In this document: in pieces, positions 51,901 through 62,915 of the stretch
Layout: every line of letters begins with the position of its first letter
How positions within the stretch are numbered: position 1 is the stretch's first letter
Assembly (NCBI GenBank): GCA_001643675.2
Contig: LSRY02000028.1
Span: forward strand, 1,054,001 to 1,118,000
DNA: 64,000 bases
Direction of reading: 5' to 3'
DNA from: Monocercomonoides exilis PA203
Taxonomy: Eukaryota; Protista; Preaxostyla
Made by a program: the position numbers and the translations under genes
Notes under the pieces: generated by a model
Told to the model about the DNA's origin: nothing
What the model saw: only the letters and a program-made list of their open reading frames with translations
Databases searched by the model: none

Positions 51901-54613
51901 TTTCTTTTCTCCTCTTCCACCTTCTCTTTATTCCCAGCAGCTGCGCCGACAGCAAAAGCCTGTTTCTCCTTTCCTTCTCAATCAGCCCTTCGATCTCCTT
52001 CACTCTCTCATTCCCCTTTCCGACCTCTTCCCACCCGCTCTTCTCCATCTCCTCTATTCCTCTCCGCATCCCTTCGATTTCGCTCAGCCGCGCTGCACTT
52101 TCGTCAACCTCCTTTCGCATCGCTTTGATTGCCTCAGAAATCCTTTTGGCTGCTTTGAAGTCACGTGCAGTCGCTGCTGCCTTCTTCTCCACTTCCATCT
52201 GGGACAGTCTTGTTTCGATGTTCTGCAGAAGGAATGTCGAGTGCAGAGAAAGAGAAGACGATGCCGTGGGCGGAGGAGAAGGAGAAGGAGAAGTAGCAGA
52301 CGGAGAAGAAGAGGAAGAAGAAGAAGCAAGCAAATTGCTCAGCTTCGATTTTATCTGCTTTTCTTCGCTGTCCAACTCATCCAGCTTTTCCTGAATGTTG
52401 TCTCTTTCTTTCTCCTTCCGTTCGCTTTCCATCCGAATTTCCTCTGCCGCCTGGTTGATCTCCTCTTCGGCTCTTTCTCTCTCAGAAATCAGACGCAGCT
52501 GCTTCTCTTCTTCTTCGCCTTCTTCTTTCAAAGCAGAACACGACGACGACAGAAAGATCGCTTCACACTCCACCACAAGCACACTCCCAACCTCCAGCGA
52601 CGTCTTTGCTTTGCCTTCGATTTCCCTCAGCTTCCGCGAATGCAACTGGAGTTTGCGCAGCTGCTGCTTCACCCGCAGCTCGTTCTGCATCGCTTTCTCC
52701 TCGTCTTTCCTTCGCTCTTTCGCTTTCTTCTCCTCCTCAAACTTCTGCTCCTCCAGCCGCACTTCGCTCGCTGCCTCGCCAATCTGCTTGTCCAACTGCC
52801 GCATCTCCTCCAGCAGAAGCGCCAAACTCTGCTTTATCCGCTCCAATTCTCTTTGCTTTTCGTCCACTTTCCCCTGCAACACACTCTTCTTTGAGTACAG
52901 CTTCGCCTCCTTCTTCTTCACATAAACACAGCTCTGCTCAATCTTCTCGTTAAGAAGCTCTATTTCAACCTCTGCCCGTGCAAGGTTTCTCGATCGCTTG
53001 TCTTCGTCCTTCTTCAATGTCTCCATCATCAACTGAATATCTCTGGTTGTTTTCCTGTTCCTTGTAATTTTTGTCTTTTCTGTTCGTTCTTCTTTCTCAT
53101 TGCTGATAACCTCATCATCATCCTCTTCAAGTTCATCTTCACCCTCTTCACCCTCTTCTTGCATCTCTTCCCACTCTCTCCCTCCTTCCAGTGCATCGCG
53201 AGACTCTTCCTTCCTTCTCTCTGCCTGCCGCAGCATTCGCATCCCCATCGTCTCCATCTTCGTTTGGATCGAGTCCTGCACAAGCTCTTCCGACCTCCGC
53301 ATCTGCATCTCCTCTACATCCAGCGCGCATCTTTCTTTCTCTCTTTTCCGCTCTTCTTGCTCAATCGCTCTTTCAGTCTTCGTCAGCTCAGCCATCTCTG
53401 CTGTCAGCTTTTCGCCGAGCTCGTAGTCTTCTTCCTCCAGTGCTTTGTTTTCCTCTTGTTCTATTTCCTTCTTCCTTTGCCGGATTTCTTGCAGTATTTC
53501 ATCGTTGCTTTTTCTGTTTTGATTTTTCACATTTTCTTCATTGCTTGCAGCATCGCCATTGGATTGGAAATTATAACCCTGATTTTCCATAAGAAGCGAT
53601 TTACGACTAATTTTTAATTGCAATTTTCTTACTGCTGTTGCTTTAAAAGAATCTTGCGCTTCTCTCAGCAAAGTCTCTACTCCTTTCACGATCTCGTTAA
53701 CTTTCTTTTCTTTTCCTTTCCGTTTTTCATAATTAAAAGTTTCATCTATTGGTTTTTGTAGGTTCACCTTTCTTGATTCAAATCTTTGATCTTTAAAATT
53801 CTCTTGAATTTGCTTATTTTCATAGACAGAAAGCTGCAAATTAAAGTTTGATTTTTCTTTGTCTGAAAGCTCTTCAGCACTTCGCTTTGAACTTTTGTCT
53901 ATATGAACCTCCGCAAGAACATTAATAACTGGTGGAGTTTGAAGCATTTGAGATTCTGCATAATTGTCATCCAATTTTGTTGCAGAGCTATCAATGACGG
54001 TAAAAGATGGTGGTGAAACAAGCGAAATATCATTCTGCTTTATGCTGGGAGTGGGCGTTAAATGAGGAGATGTTGAGGCTATTGAAGGTGCTTCATGGGA
54101 TAAAATGTTGGAGCGGTCCTGATTTTGTAATTCAGTTATGTTCTCTTCTTTTATTTTTAATTTTTCCACATTTTCATCTTGAAGTTGAAGTGAATGTTCA
54201 GGTGTTGCAGGATGCATAGCAATTACAGCAGAAATCTGCTTTACTGATTCTGTATTGTTTTGACTTAATCCAACATTTCCTGTAGTTTGTGGAATTCTTG
54301 AAACGCTACGAACGGACGATACTTTTTGCTTTGGTGAAGGCTGTTCAACATCTCTTTGTGTTCCGGGTCGAAACTTTGGAGCATTTCTCCTTCTTACGTT
54401 TGCAGAAGGTAATTCGTTTGCCTTTTGTCTTTGGGAGACGGTTGTTTGTACCCTTGAAATTCCCTGCTTTATGCCAGGTTGTGGAGAAAAAGAAATGGAT
54501 TCTTTCTGCTCCCCCTCTTCTGACAATTATGAAAAAAAAAGTTAGTAAAACAATTTATTTATAAATTGCAAATTAAGATATTAAATCAAACCAATGAAAT
54601 CAAATGCAGACAT
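48965..54613 (-). CDS. Large coiled-coil/acidic protein with UVR-like motifs and repeated FDFI/AFGL/DPFGL motifs
   Basis: An 1853-codon ORF plus a first exon (ATG at 54613; intron 54591-54520) giving MSAFDFIEEGEQ. UVR-like helical hairpins: ENKALEEEDYELGEKL, EKKAAATARDFKAAKRISEAI, MQVLMDEEKYEECEAVGAEL. Confidence 0.8.
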
Positions 54614-54804
54614 AATTATAGCAGCAAATTACGCATGATCTTTTACATAAATTATTTTGAAACCATCAAAAAAGAAACCTAACACAATATCATCACCAAA
54701 AATTTGTCAACACAATTAAGTCATTCCTTTTCTGCAAGTTTATTCCTCAATGGAATTATCTTTCTCTTCTTCTATCTCTTCTTCTTGTTTAAAAAATAAG
54801 TGAG

Positions 54805-54844
<40 letters not shown>

Positions 54845-54980
54845 AAAAATAATGATATTAATGATAATTAAGCCTGGGTGACGTGAAGAAAAAATTTTGT
54901 CACGTCCGTCACCAAATTTCCACTTCGTTAAATAATAAAATAAAATTAAATAAAATAAAATAAAATTAAATAAAATAAAA
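54805..54980. repeat. (TAAA)n and (TAAAA)n microsatellites flanking a TGACGT-containing palindromic motif
   Basis: (TAAA) about 9-10 times at 54805-54843; imperfect (TAAAA)n at 54934-54980. Confidence 0.9.
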
Positions 54981-55388
54981 AGATTTCAATTATTTCAAAA
55001 GCAATGGTTGTAAAAAATATGAAAAAAAGGATTAATTTAACATGTTTTTGAAAACAGTCATTTGATCAATATGTCCTACAATAATAAGATTGTTTTAAAC
55101 AAATCAAATCATTCTATTGTACCATTCAAAAAAAAGACACAAAATCTCGATGGAATGAATGAACATTGGTATGATCATGAAGATTTTTTTGATTGCATTG
55201 TTTCAAAACATGTCTTTCAACTTGTTTTTGTTCAATAAAATAAATAACAGCCGAGTTGTCTTCCATTTATTATGAAATCGTAAAAACTCGGAAATTGAAC
55301 ACCACATGATAATGTTGTTGTGTAAAGTTGTAAATGTTTTTGGTTTTTTATCCATTGCAATTGTTTTTTTTCAATTTTATCGTATAAA

Positions 55389-55991
55389 TGCTTTTTGAAC
55401 TGGAAGATTGCAATGAGGAAGATCATAAATAGAAAATCGAAAAAATAAATGAAACAATTGTGAAATGAATTAAAATGAATAGAAATCAATTTATTCAATC
55501 GATATGTTCGAAAATCAGAATAAAATGATAGAAAATGAGAAACTTTTGTTGGGAAATGCCACTTGGCTACTAAAGCATGTTGGATGTTGCAAGGAATTGA
55601 AATGCTTTGCATGCTGTTCTTTTGAAAAATCATTATCGAACAAAAGAATGAAAGAGATGATAATTGATGAAAATGAGAAGAAAAAAGATGAAATGAATGA
55701 AAAACTTTTGACTGATCTTTGTTATTGTTTTGTTTTGCTGGGTGATGATAACGTTTTTGGTGAAATTCTTTCAATCAATGAAACAAACCTTTTGAAAGTT
55801 GCGTTGAAGAAAACTGAAAGGAAAAAAAGCAAACGACATAGCGTAAATGGTATAGCTTTTGTTGAACAGCTTTGAAAATCAATTTTGAGTTTTTTTTGTG
55901 CAATTTTTTAAGAGAAACTGGGTTTTATTTCTTTTTTCATTAGAAAATGTGAGAGGAACTGTTTTAAAATGAAATCAAAGAGATTATCCAA
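55389..55991 (+). pseudogene. Decayed copy of the highly expanded oxymonad hypothetical family (...LLKHVG.CK...MIIDENEKK..KNEKLL.DLC...LLKVALKK...)
   Basis: LLFELEDCNEEDHK*KIEKIN..., then LLKHVGCCKELKC...MKEMIIDENEKKKDEMNEKLLTDLCYCFVLL...LLKVALKK, then NEIKEIIQ. Contains stops and frameshifts and ends at the MITE. Family recognised from memory of Monocercomonoides proteins. Confidence 0.7.
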
Positions 55992-55993
55992 TA

Positions 55994-56241
55994 GAGATAT
56001 AGTATATCAGCTATGGATCCATCTCGATTAGGTCAATCAAAATTATAGATTTATGAATATCTGGTGGTTGTTATCATCTTGTATAATAAGTTTGAATAGG
56101 CAATGGAAATAAGATAGAGGTCGAGAGTTATTGCTGATACTCTTAGGGGTTATCATGATTAGATATTCAGTGATGTTCTATAAAGATGGAGTTATTGATA
56201 TGTGTAATCAAGATATATCTATAGCTGATATACCATATCTC
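55994..56241. mobile_element. MITE, 248 bp, TA-flanked (Tc1/mariner-Stowaway-like)
   Basis: Terminal inverted repeats GAGATATAGTATATCAGCTATGGAT... and ...ATCTATAGCTGATATACCATATCTC (37 bp with 5 mismatches; 2 mismatches in the outer 25). TA on both sides at 55992-55993 and 56242-56243. Non-coding interior. Confidence 0.75.
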
Positions 56242-56843
56242 TAAGGAGGAGAATTAGCTAAAAGATTAACTGAAAGATTAACTGGAAGATTTGTTAAATG
56301 TGTTCAAGTTGGTAAATTAATGGTGAAATTGTGTGAAAATTGGTGTTTTCGTTGATGAAATACATGAGTTGAACATGTGTTGAATGTGTTGATGTGTTGA
56401 ACGTTGGTATTATCGTTGATGGAAATAACAGGTGGAATTGTGTCGAAGATTGTAAATTAGTGGTGACAATTGGTGGTGACAATTGATGAAATCGTTGATG
56501 TTTCCGTTGGTGTGATCGTTGGTCGAAATCGTAAATGAAAATAATTGATTTTGTTTTTTTGTTTTTTAATAAATGGGTCGGAAGAAGATATACGCAACTG
56601 TGGAAGAAGCTAAAGAGTCTCAACAGAAACAAATAAAACAGTTTCAGGAAAAACGAAAGGAAGAAACTAAGTATTACAACGAACATGCATCTGAAAAACA
56701 GAATAAGTTGATTAAGATATTGGGAGAAAGCTTATCGAAAGTGACGAGTTGATGGATGAGTTGATGGAAAAAGTTAATGGTTAAGGCGAATGTGTTTGTT
56801 TTTGGTTGATTTGGCAGTTAATGTGCAAATTGATGAAATAAAA

Positions 56844-59800
56844 GGCATAGGTCTATTTTGCACCAGTATGGAAAGGCTTTTTTTAATTTCATTATTAACA
56901 TATTATAAATGCTAATAATTATTAAAAACAAACTGCTGATGGAAAAAGTTGAAATTCTTCCATCAAAAACTTGATATTTTTTCTTTTTTTCTCAACCCAT
57001 AATATTTTCTTTCAGATCGCAAAGAATTAAAAATTCAATTTCCTAGCTTAACATAGTTCAGGACAACTTCACAATGCAATATTCAAAGAGATTATAATAT
57101 TATTATTGTTTGGATAATCGAATTTTCACATTTATTGTTTATAATGAAGTAATTTTTAACTAAATTATTTCTTTAATTAATCAATAGTCTTTGCAAAATA
57201 TGGGATTTTAGTTTTTATAATTTATCGAAAGACACTATTTATAAAGGTTAATGTTTAATTTATTGTGAAAAACAGTTTACAAAGAAATAATAATAATTGG
57301 AACATTTATTATTTTTGTTTTTTCATTCTGTGATAAACATTGAATTTATATGAAAGATAGAAATAGTTGCTGCTTTTGACAGAAGTTAATTGTTTGCATT
57401 GGGAGAGTGAGAATGGCGAAATTGGAATTTTGCAAGAAAAGATGAAGAGAATGGAAGAGAGGAACACATTGAGAGAAGATATGTAAGGAATGGATCTATT
57501 TGACAAGATAGTGGAATTATAGAGGAAATAAAAGAAGAAGAAGAGATGAACAGTTGGAATTCGGCTTGAAGATGTCTTGTTAGTTGAAGGAAAGCAGGAA
57601 ATCAGCTGAACAGATCTTTTCATGTACAGTTTTTCTGGGAAGAAAGAATGGCAGTGCAGAAGGAAGGGAGGAGGAACGTGTAATGCATTGGGAAAAAAGG
57701 TTATGTATTTTTGAGCTTTGTTTTTGTGTTGAATTTTGAAGATATGTTTTGGAAAAAAAAGAAATATAAGAAGAAGAAAGAGATGTAATATTCAAATGAT
57801 AGAGGTCGTAATGTGTTTGAGTGTGAAAAATCCGTATTCTGCAGAAATGTTGGAATAACATTTGGCGTGCATTTTGGTGATGGTGGAAGAAGAAGAAGCT
57901 GCACATTTCGGAGTTGAAACAATTGAAAAAGCAGGCAGAACGAAGAGAAAAGAGAGAATGATGAGCAGGAGTTTATGGGAAGTGAAATCGATGAAAGAGA
58001 ATGCACTTTTAAAGTCAGCAAACAAAGATGAGGATATTTTCTAAGAGCACAAGCCTCATGGAGCAGCAGCTGGAGTCGAAGACGAAATATACGAGAGAGC
58101 AGGGGCAATTTATTTTTAAATGGCGAGAAATAATAATCGAAGGAGATACAAAGGATTGGAAGTGTGAAGTCTGTTGGTTCGAGAGAAAGAAGAGGAGGAA
58201 GAAAAGATGGAAAGTGAAGGAAAACGATCATTTGAAAGATGCGACGTTGGAACGGATGACAATCAACTCAAAAATCCACAATAATTGTGAAGTTTTTTGT
58301 AAATGACTTTCAAATTTTGTTTTTTCTATTTTTAATTCACTTTATTTATCACTTTTTTCAATCCATCTTCTTTTTTTGTTCTTATCCAATCAGAAATCAT
58401 CTAATTCATCTCAGGTTTTTCATATTCTTCATTTTGTTGTAAGTTTGCAGAAAACTCGACAAATACAAGGCATTTCTTTTTTTTTTTTTTTTTTTTTTTT
58501 TGTTTTGCCTTTGAAAAATTTTCATTTCTCAATTTTTGAAGTATTTTTTTGTTTTGAAAAAAGAGATCAGGAAAAGTTCAATGAATGAATTGCGCACATA
58601 TGTTATTTGAAATGAAAAACGAAAAACGTGTAGAAAAAGAATTTGTAACGTGGAGCAGACATAATGCACTGGACTCTCTGAGGGATGCTACTCAATTTTT
58701 GATGTGGTACGACTGCTGAGCCTCTGGGCTGACTTGGAAATGGGGCAGCGATTTATCGGTCACATGGCTGTACCTGTGCATAGAATAGGTTTGCGGTGCT
58801 TCTTTCTAAGCGCTGTGCCTGCAAAGTGTTGTGCGTTGGCCGTATGAGCGTGCTTGTTGGGCAACTTGGTGTCGGTGGGCATCACAGTTTCCTTTCAAAA
58901 TGTTATCTAATCTGCCATGCTTTTGGAGGTGTGCCATTTTATTTGCCTCTCGAGGGAGCTGTTGAAGTGTTGCACCTTTTTTATATTCTTTTTTCTGTAT
59001 TTTATTTTTCAACATGGTGCAGCTGGGGATGTTTTGCAACAGAAGAATTTTTCTATGATCCGGGTTCCTGGATGAACCAAAACGGCTGGGAAGGGGATGG
59101 AAGCAATGGAAACGGAGATTGGGAGGGGTGTAAGGAGGAGATGAAGAGCTGCAGCAGAATTTTATTTTTTTATCTCAACGGCAGTTATTGTCTGTCCTGG
59201 TAGAGCCAGCACAAATACGGATGATTTCATTGGATGCTCTCCTTCAGACCTGGGATTTGCCGCTATTTCAGCCAGCAAAAATATTTCGACTCAAAAAGAC
59301 ATCACAAACACATTTATCGACGAACTTCCTATTCCGTTGTCGAAGTCGAAGAAAGAAAACTCGTCTAAATCACACTCACTGCTTTCCCTCTCCCTGTTAT
59401 TACTATCTTCTTTTCCCCAACATTGATTGTTGTCCCTTCGCTCGCATGCTTCCCACCCAGCACTGTGATTGTCGAGCTCAGCTGCGCCATGCTCGACCCC
59501 ACTGCATGCCCCACAGTCTTACAAGGTGCTGACTCGCTCATCCTACACAGATTGCTCGCATCATCCCCACCCACTCCAACATACCGATCTTTCATCCCTT
59601 CCTTCAACCAATCCTTCTTTTCTGTATGCTGATATTTCCAACTTCCTGATTGTAAATATTCATAGCACACCCTATAATTATCGCTATTCGTCGTATACGA
59701 TTCATAGAACGGGTTTCCCGATTAGAAGAGATTGTTAGCATCTCGAAAATACACATCGTGGCCATATGGAGTGGAAGCGTTGCAACTGCAATCGTGGAAG

Positions 59801-60534
59801 AAGAAGAAATAGCAATAAATGTTGTTGCTTGGAGCTGTTGTTTGATAAGGTTCAAAATCCAATCCTCCACCTCTTGCTGTTGCGTTGCACGAAATAAACT
59901 GTACACTTCTCATATTGAATTTATCAGGAACACAGTAGCAACGCATCCCTCCTCCATAAGAACCAGAAAGAGAGCGTGAAGAGAATGAGTACTCAAACAA
60001 GAAAGCTCTTCCTCCACTAAAACTGTCTTTTCTTATTCAGTAAAATCAAAAAAAAAAAAAAAATAAATAAAAAATAAAAAACAGTTTGAGAGAATATTAA
60101 AAACCAATTTTGAACAAAAACTCATAAATCTTCAATACTTCGTTGTGCTATATATTATTTAAACATGATTTCATTTTCGATTCTTATGAAAACATTAAAT
60201 GCACGAATATAGTTATTTTGTGAAAAGAACAACATACGAATGGTTTATTGAATACATTAGGAAACGTTAGATAAATATAAATGATTAAGATGAAAATCAC
60301 ACAAACGAAATTAATTGAAATTCTTTGCAGAGTTAAAATTTGAATTTTTAATTCTTTGCGATCTGAAAGAAAATATTATGGGTTGAGAAAAAAATAAAAG
60401 ATATCATGTTTTTGATGGAAGAATTTCAACCTTTTCCATCAGCAGTTTGTTTTCAATAATTATAAGAATTAATTATATATAAATTTTATTTATCAATAAC
60501 TCTTTTCCAAACTGGTGCAAAATAGACCTATGCC
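56844..60534. mobile_element. 3.7-kb unit bounded by ~200-bp diverged inverted repeats (Mutator/foldback-like, non-autonomous)
   Basis: The left arm (~56844-57041) starts GGCATAGGTCTATTTTGCACCAGT and the right arm (~60337-60534) ends ACTGGTGCAAAATAGACCTATGCC. Shared internal block AAACAAACTGCTGATGGAAAA...CTCAACCCATAATATTTTCTTTCAGATCGCAAAGAATTAAAAATTCA. No target-site duplication is visible. Confidence 0.6.
59335..60031 (-). pseudogene. Internal fragment of an expanded oxymonad surface-protein family (beta-helix/adhesin-like) with in-frame stops
   Basis: One frame: ...GSYGGGMRCY...RGGGLDFEP...HDVYFRDANNLF*SGNPFYESYTTNSDNYRVCY...HTEKKDWLKEGMKDRYVGVGGDDASNLCRMSESAPCKTVGHAV...GRGKAVSVI*TSFLSSTSTT. 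Stops at 59722-59724 and 59365-59367; both ends missing. Confidence 0.75.
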
Positions 60535-61315
60535 CAGATTCCAAGGCATTACAGTGTCCTTCATAAAGTTTTGCAGAAAGCAAAATGTGAAAAATCCAGA
60601 TGAAGAATTTGAACAAACTCATCAGAAAAGGCTGTACTGTTGATTTTGAAGAAAAACAAATTGTGGATGTTACACTGCGATTCAAGGAATATTCACACAT
60701 CTGTCTTGTTTGTTTTCTTTTGTCCAGTGAATATGTGGAATGAAATTTATTTATGGAACAAATGATGCAACATCCACTTCTGCTTTCTTCATTTTGTTCC
60801 ATATCAATAAATTTGCGCAAGATGTGTGTGGGTCAGGAAAAAGAAGGAAGTGATGCAACTCTTCAATAAAATACTTTATTCAATCGATTGTTGTGAGAAA
60901 CGACACGACAAACGCATGATAAGTGAAAAATGAACAGACAATTCAAGTCTGAAAATTTCATCATTTGTCCATTGAAAGTGATAAAAGTGTTGTTTGTCAC
61001 TTTCGAGCAGTTGGCCTTGGCAATGTTTCGACTATCGGATGAGAAAAAAAATCTTCTACAACCTATGCGACAAAAGAAGAGGTTGATGATTGTTTTTCAG
61101 TTTTTTGGAATTTAAGATTGTTTTCATTAAATGTGAAGTCTTTCTTCAACATTCATTAAAACTGTCCAACGGAGTGTTTTCTTGATATTGATCATCAAAT
61201 CTAAGAATATGATTCCTTGCAAATGAATTCTCTGAAAATGGGACAAAATATTTGACTTCAGACATTTTCATTGAAAAAATATGTGCTTTTCATTAAACCT
61301 GTATGACGTAATGAC

Positions 61316-61371
61316 CACTGACGTGAAAATTTTCGATTCTGACGGACTCATCAAAAATATTCACGTCAGTG
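61316..61371. repeat. Short inverted repeat with two TGACGTGA motifs
   Basis: CACTGACGTGAAAATTTT (61316-61333) and AAAATATTCACGTCAGTG (61354-61371), one mismatch. Confidence 0.85.
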
Positions 61372-62915
61372 ATTTTTTTTTAAAGTTTAAATATTTCGTG
61401 AAAGCATAAAAAAATATTATATTATAATTTATCTCATTTTTTAGTTCATTATTTGCACAAGAAAATCAAAAAGTTTTTTCCTCTCACAAAACATCATTTT
61501 AAAAAAATTAAATGGGATACTGACGAAAAGGCAAAAAAGGAATTTCGGATCGTAGGTGACGGTCATTACCATCAGGGCAAGTCAGTATTTCAATGTTGAT
61601 CAAAAAATTGAAATAAATTTTAATTGTTGAAAAAGTTGCATTTAGCAATGTAAAAGATGAAATGAAACGGAATGATGAAGTATTTTTTTGCACTTTCATA
61701 AAGTTATATTGGTGGAAATCAAAATTGAACGCATGCAATTAGAACGCACGTAGAAAACTTGACCTCAAGGAAATTCAACAATTCATCCAGAACGAAATAT
61801 CATCAGGATATGGTAAGCTTGTTTCAAAAGAGAAATTTTATTGCAGTTTTTTTATTGACAAGCTCACAAAATTTACAAAAATGTCCAAAGCCAGCCATCA
61901 AAAATTTCACTCTTAATTGTTTATCTTCATCTCTTTGTTACACTTACAAATATATTGTAGATTTGGCTTCGACAAATTCCTCTTCAAAAAAAAAATGTTA
62001 TTTTCGTTTTTATTTTCATTCATCTTTCTTTCCCGACAACGTTGATAAACTAATTTCAATATCTTCAATCAATTTGGAGCGTTCGCCTTCTTCATCTTTA
62101 TCTCTAGAAAAATTGGGATCAATTTTTCAAAAACGCCAACTGGACATAACGACTGAAGAATTGTTCTTCAAAAACGAGTGATAAAAGAAATTTCGTTGGA
62201 TGAAACAAGCATTCAACAAATGTTCTTGAGAATGAGGATTGCGAAATGGACGAGTTATTTATCACCGTGATAACTGAAAGATGTTCAGAAATATTCCGTA
62301 AGCATTTTCATCGAATGAAGATAATCGCTGGATACTTTTATCACTTAATAGAATATGTTATTTCTCTCTTGGCGCAACGGAAGATTAGGGCCGAATCATT
62401 GTTGGAATGAGTGAAATATAATGTGCATAAAGATTCTTCATGAAAGTTTTGATTGTGAATTTATTACTGATTAAAACTTTTTCTTATTGTTGACATACGC
62501 ATTACAAAATATTTCGTTTTTTTCAATATCTCATTTAAAATCTGGGAAATAAACTAAAGACATTTTGAAGCTCATTTGATTTTTATTGTTTTTTTAAAAA
62601 AATACTGTGCAATTCATCTCTTAATATTAGGAAAAAAATTAACGTATTATATTTCGCTGCGTTTATTAACGTAAATCATAGAAACCTTGCGAAATGAAAC
62701 AGTTATATGGTTTATTCATTCATCTTCTTTTGAATCTTTTCTCCTAATTCTAATTCTTTTCTTGTTTCTTTATTAATATCGTTTGCGTCATTCTTTTTCC
62801 CATCATCCTTACAGATTGTTCTTCCCCTTGATCCGCTTGAAATAGGTTTCATTTGGGTTTTCCTTTCATATCTACCAACACATTTCGATCTCGAAGTTTT
62901 CACTTTTCTCTCTAT

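Noticed and set aside
59170-59290. SLDALLQTWDLPLF resembles a DIRS/tyrosine-recombinase retroelement motif
   Set aside because: Too short; no RT, RNase H or recombinase motifs nearby.
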